From assembly GCA_963798085.1 (NCBI GenBank), contig CAWCRS010000007.1:1728001-1792000 (forward strand): a DNA stretch of 64,000 nucleotides, read 5' to 3'. The stretch's first letter is position 1. Every line of letters starts with the position of its first letter. Of this stretch, positions 62,545 to 64,000 are shown piece by piece. The stretch comes from an uncultured Gemmatimonadales bacterium (GTDB lineage: Bacteria; Gemmatimonadota; Gemmatimonadetes; Longimicrobiales; RSA9). The notes under the pieces are model-generated. The model saw nothing but the letters and a program-made list of their open reading frames with translations, made no database searches and was not told the DNA's origin. A program made the translations under genes and the position numbers.

Positions 62545-63297
62545 ATGCAGCAGCGCCTTGCCGACCAGCTGAGCCAGGGATTCGTCGAGATCGGCGAATT
62601 CGTACCGAAGCTGGCCGAAGCCGTCGGCATCCTGATGATCGGGTTCGTGCTCGCCAGGATGTTCGAGCGAGGCACCAGCTTCGTGCTGCGACGCATCGGA
62701 TTCGATCGCTGGATGCGCGAGGGCGGCGTCACGGAAGCACTGGAGCGCGCGGGCACGACACTCGACCCGTCCGGCGTGCTGGGCAAGCTGCTCTTCTGGG
62801 CGATCATGCTGGTCGTGATCATCCTGAGCGCGAGCGTGCTCGGTGTCTCCGCCGTGAGTGTACTGTTCAACGAGCTGGTCACGTACATCCCGAACGTCAT
62901 TGCTGCGGTGATCGTGCTCGTGCTGGGCATCCTGCTGGGTGAATTCCTCAAGGATCTGGTGCTGGCGTCCGCCGGCGGCCTGAGCGGCGCGCCCACGCTG
63001 GCGCGCGCAGCCAAGGTCGCGGTGATCCTGCTGGCCACGTTCATGGCCCTCGAGCAGCTCGACATCGCGCAGAACATCGTGCTGGTGTTCTTCATCGCGG
63101 TCGTGGGCGCGGCCGCACTGGCGGCCGGCATTGCGTTCGGCTTCGGCGGTCGCGAAGTGGCGGGCGAGATCGTGCGCGACTGGTACATGCGGGGCCGCAT
63201 CTCGACGCACAGGGAGAGCCCCGCCGAAGCGCGCGTGCCGGCGCCCGAACCCGCGGAGCCGGAGCCACCTGCATCGAGCGACGCCGCGGCCGACTGA
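62545..63297 (+). CDS. CmpX-like TM-helix repeat (MscS N-terminal-like) membrane protein
   Basis: FVPKLA / YIPNVIAA repeats, ALEQLDIA, GIAFGFGGREVA. Confidence 0.85.
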   Translation: MQQRLADQLSQGFVEIGEFVPKLAEAVGILMIGFVLARMFERGTSFVLRRIGFDRWMREGGVTEALERAGTTLDPSGVLGKLLFWAIMLVVIILSASVLGVSAVSVLFNELVTYIPNVIAAVIVLVLGILLGEFLKDLVLASAGGLSGAPTLARAAKVAVILLATFMALEQLDIAQNIVLVFFIAVVGAAALAAGIAFGFGGREVAGEIVRDWYMRGRISTHRESPAEARVPAPEPAEPEPPASSDAAAD

Positions 63298-63325
63298 GTT
63301 CGGCGAGCAAGCCCCGTCGTTCGCG

Positions 63326-64000
63326 CTACATGCCGAGGATGTTGTAGCCCGCATCCACGTGCAGCACCTCGCCGGTGATGCCGGCACCCAGATCACTGCA
63401 CAACACGGTTGCCGCGCGACCCACGTCATCGCTGGTCACATTGCGACGCAGCGGGGCGCGCTCCTCAGCCATGCCGTACATGCCCTTGAAGCCGCGCACG
63501 CCAGCCGCCGCGAGCGTACGGATGGGGCCCGCACTGATGGCGTTGACCCGCACACCCTGCGGACCCAGCTCGTACGCCAGGTAGCGCACGCTGGCTTCGA
63601 GCGCGGCTTTCGCGACACCCATGACATTGTAGTTGGGCACCACCTTCTCGGCGCCGTAGTACGTCATTGTGATGATGTTGCCGTGGCGGGCCGTGAGCAG
63701 CGGCGCGGCGTGGCGCGCCAGCAGGACGAGCGAATAGACGCTGATGTCGAGCGCCGTAGCGAAGCCGGCGCGTGATGTGTCCAGGTATCGCCCCTCGAGA
63801 TCCTCACGCTGTGCATAGGCGATGGAGTGGATGAGCACGTCCACGCCATCCCACACCTCGCCCACGCGGCGGAACACATCTTCGACGTGCTCGTCGCGGG
63901 TGACGTCGCAGGGCAGGATCAGCCGTGCATCGAGGCTCTGGGCCAGCGGTCGCACGCGCTTCTCGAGCACATCGCCCGCATAAGTGAAGATGAAGTCGGT
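63326..64000 (-). CDS. fabI: enoyl-ACP reductase (5' end outside the window)
   Basis: HSIAYA, YNVMGVAKAALEASVRYLA, NAISAGPIRTLAA, HVDAG. Confidence 0.95.
   Translation of the reverse strand, partial: TDFIFTYAGDVLEKRVRPLAQSLDARLILPCDVTRDEHVEDVFRRVGEVWDGVDVLIHSIAYAQREDLEGRYLDTSRAGFATALDISVYSLVLLARHAAPLLTARHGNIITMTYYGAEKVVPNYNVMGVAKAALEASVRYLAYELGPQGVRVNAISAGPIRTLAAAGVRGFKGMYGMAEERAPLRRNVTSDDVGRAATVLCSDLGAGITGEVLHVDAGYNILGM

Overview
GC-rich bacterial core-genome window of about 66 CDS. Protein style and gene order suggest Gemmatimonadota (Longimicrobiales-like); this is inference, not a database result. Contents in order: mdh, moaDEA, an ECF sigma/anti-sigma/Spy triad, HU/IHF, carA, an atypical RNase HI, a 2-oxoacid dehydrogenase E1a/E1b/E2-lipB cluster, a long minus-strand run (yicC-gmk-rpoZ-coaBC-udg-dnaB-ispD-tsaC-ywlE-like-aroE-comF-gap-pgk-tpiA-secG), gltA-icd-pepA-OM barrel, DUF58-BatA-mfd-PPIase-surA-pdxA-ftsEX-envC-holB-moaC, mltD, guaB, acs, dksA, perR/fur, glnA, an ANTAR two-component pair, dacB and fabI. 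No rRNA, tRNA, CRISPR array or mobile element was recognised. Many essential genes between about 4.8 and 29.5 kb carry small indels, most likely sequencing or assembly errors. Best novelty candidates: (1) a ~285-nt multi-hairpin, promoter-driven ncRNA candidate convergent with an RNase HI whose catalytic residues are rearranged; (2) a terminator/antiterminator leader ahead of guaB; (3) enrichment of Bacteroidota-type D-[ST]-[AILVMT] O-glycosylation sequons in exported proteins; (4) a CPxCG microprotein with a sigma54-like promoter inserted between gap and pgk; (5) a Cys-tailed 49-aa peptide ahead of acs. All structures, promoters and counts were read by eye and need computational confirmation.
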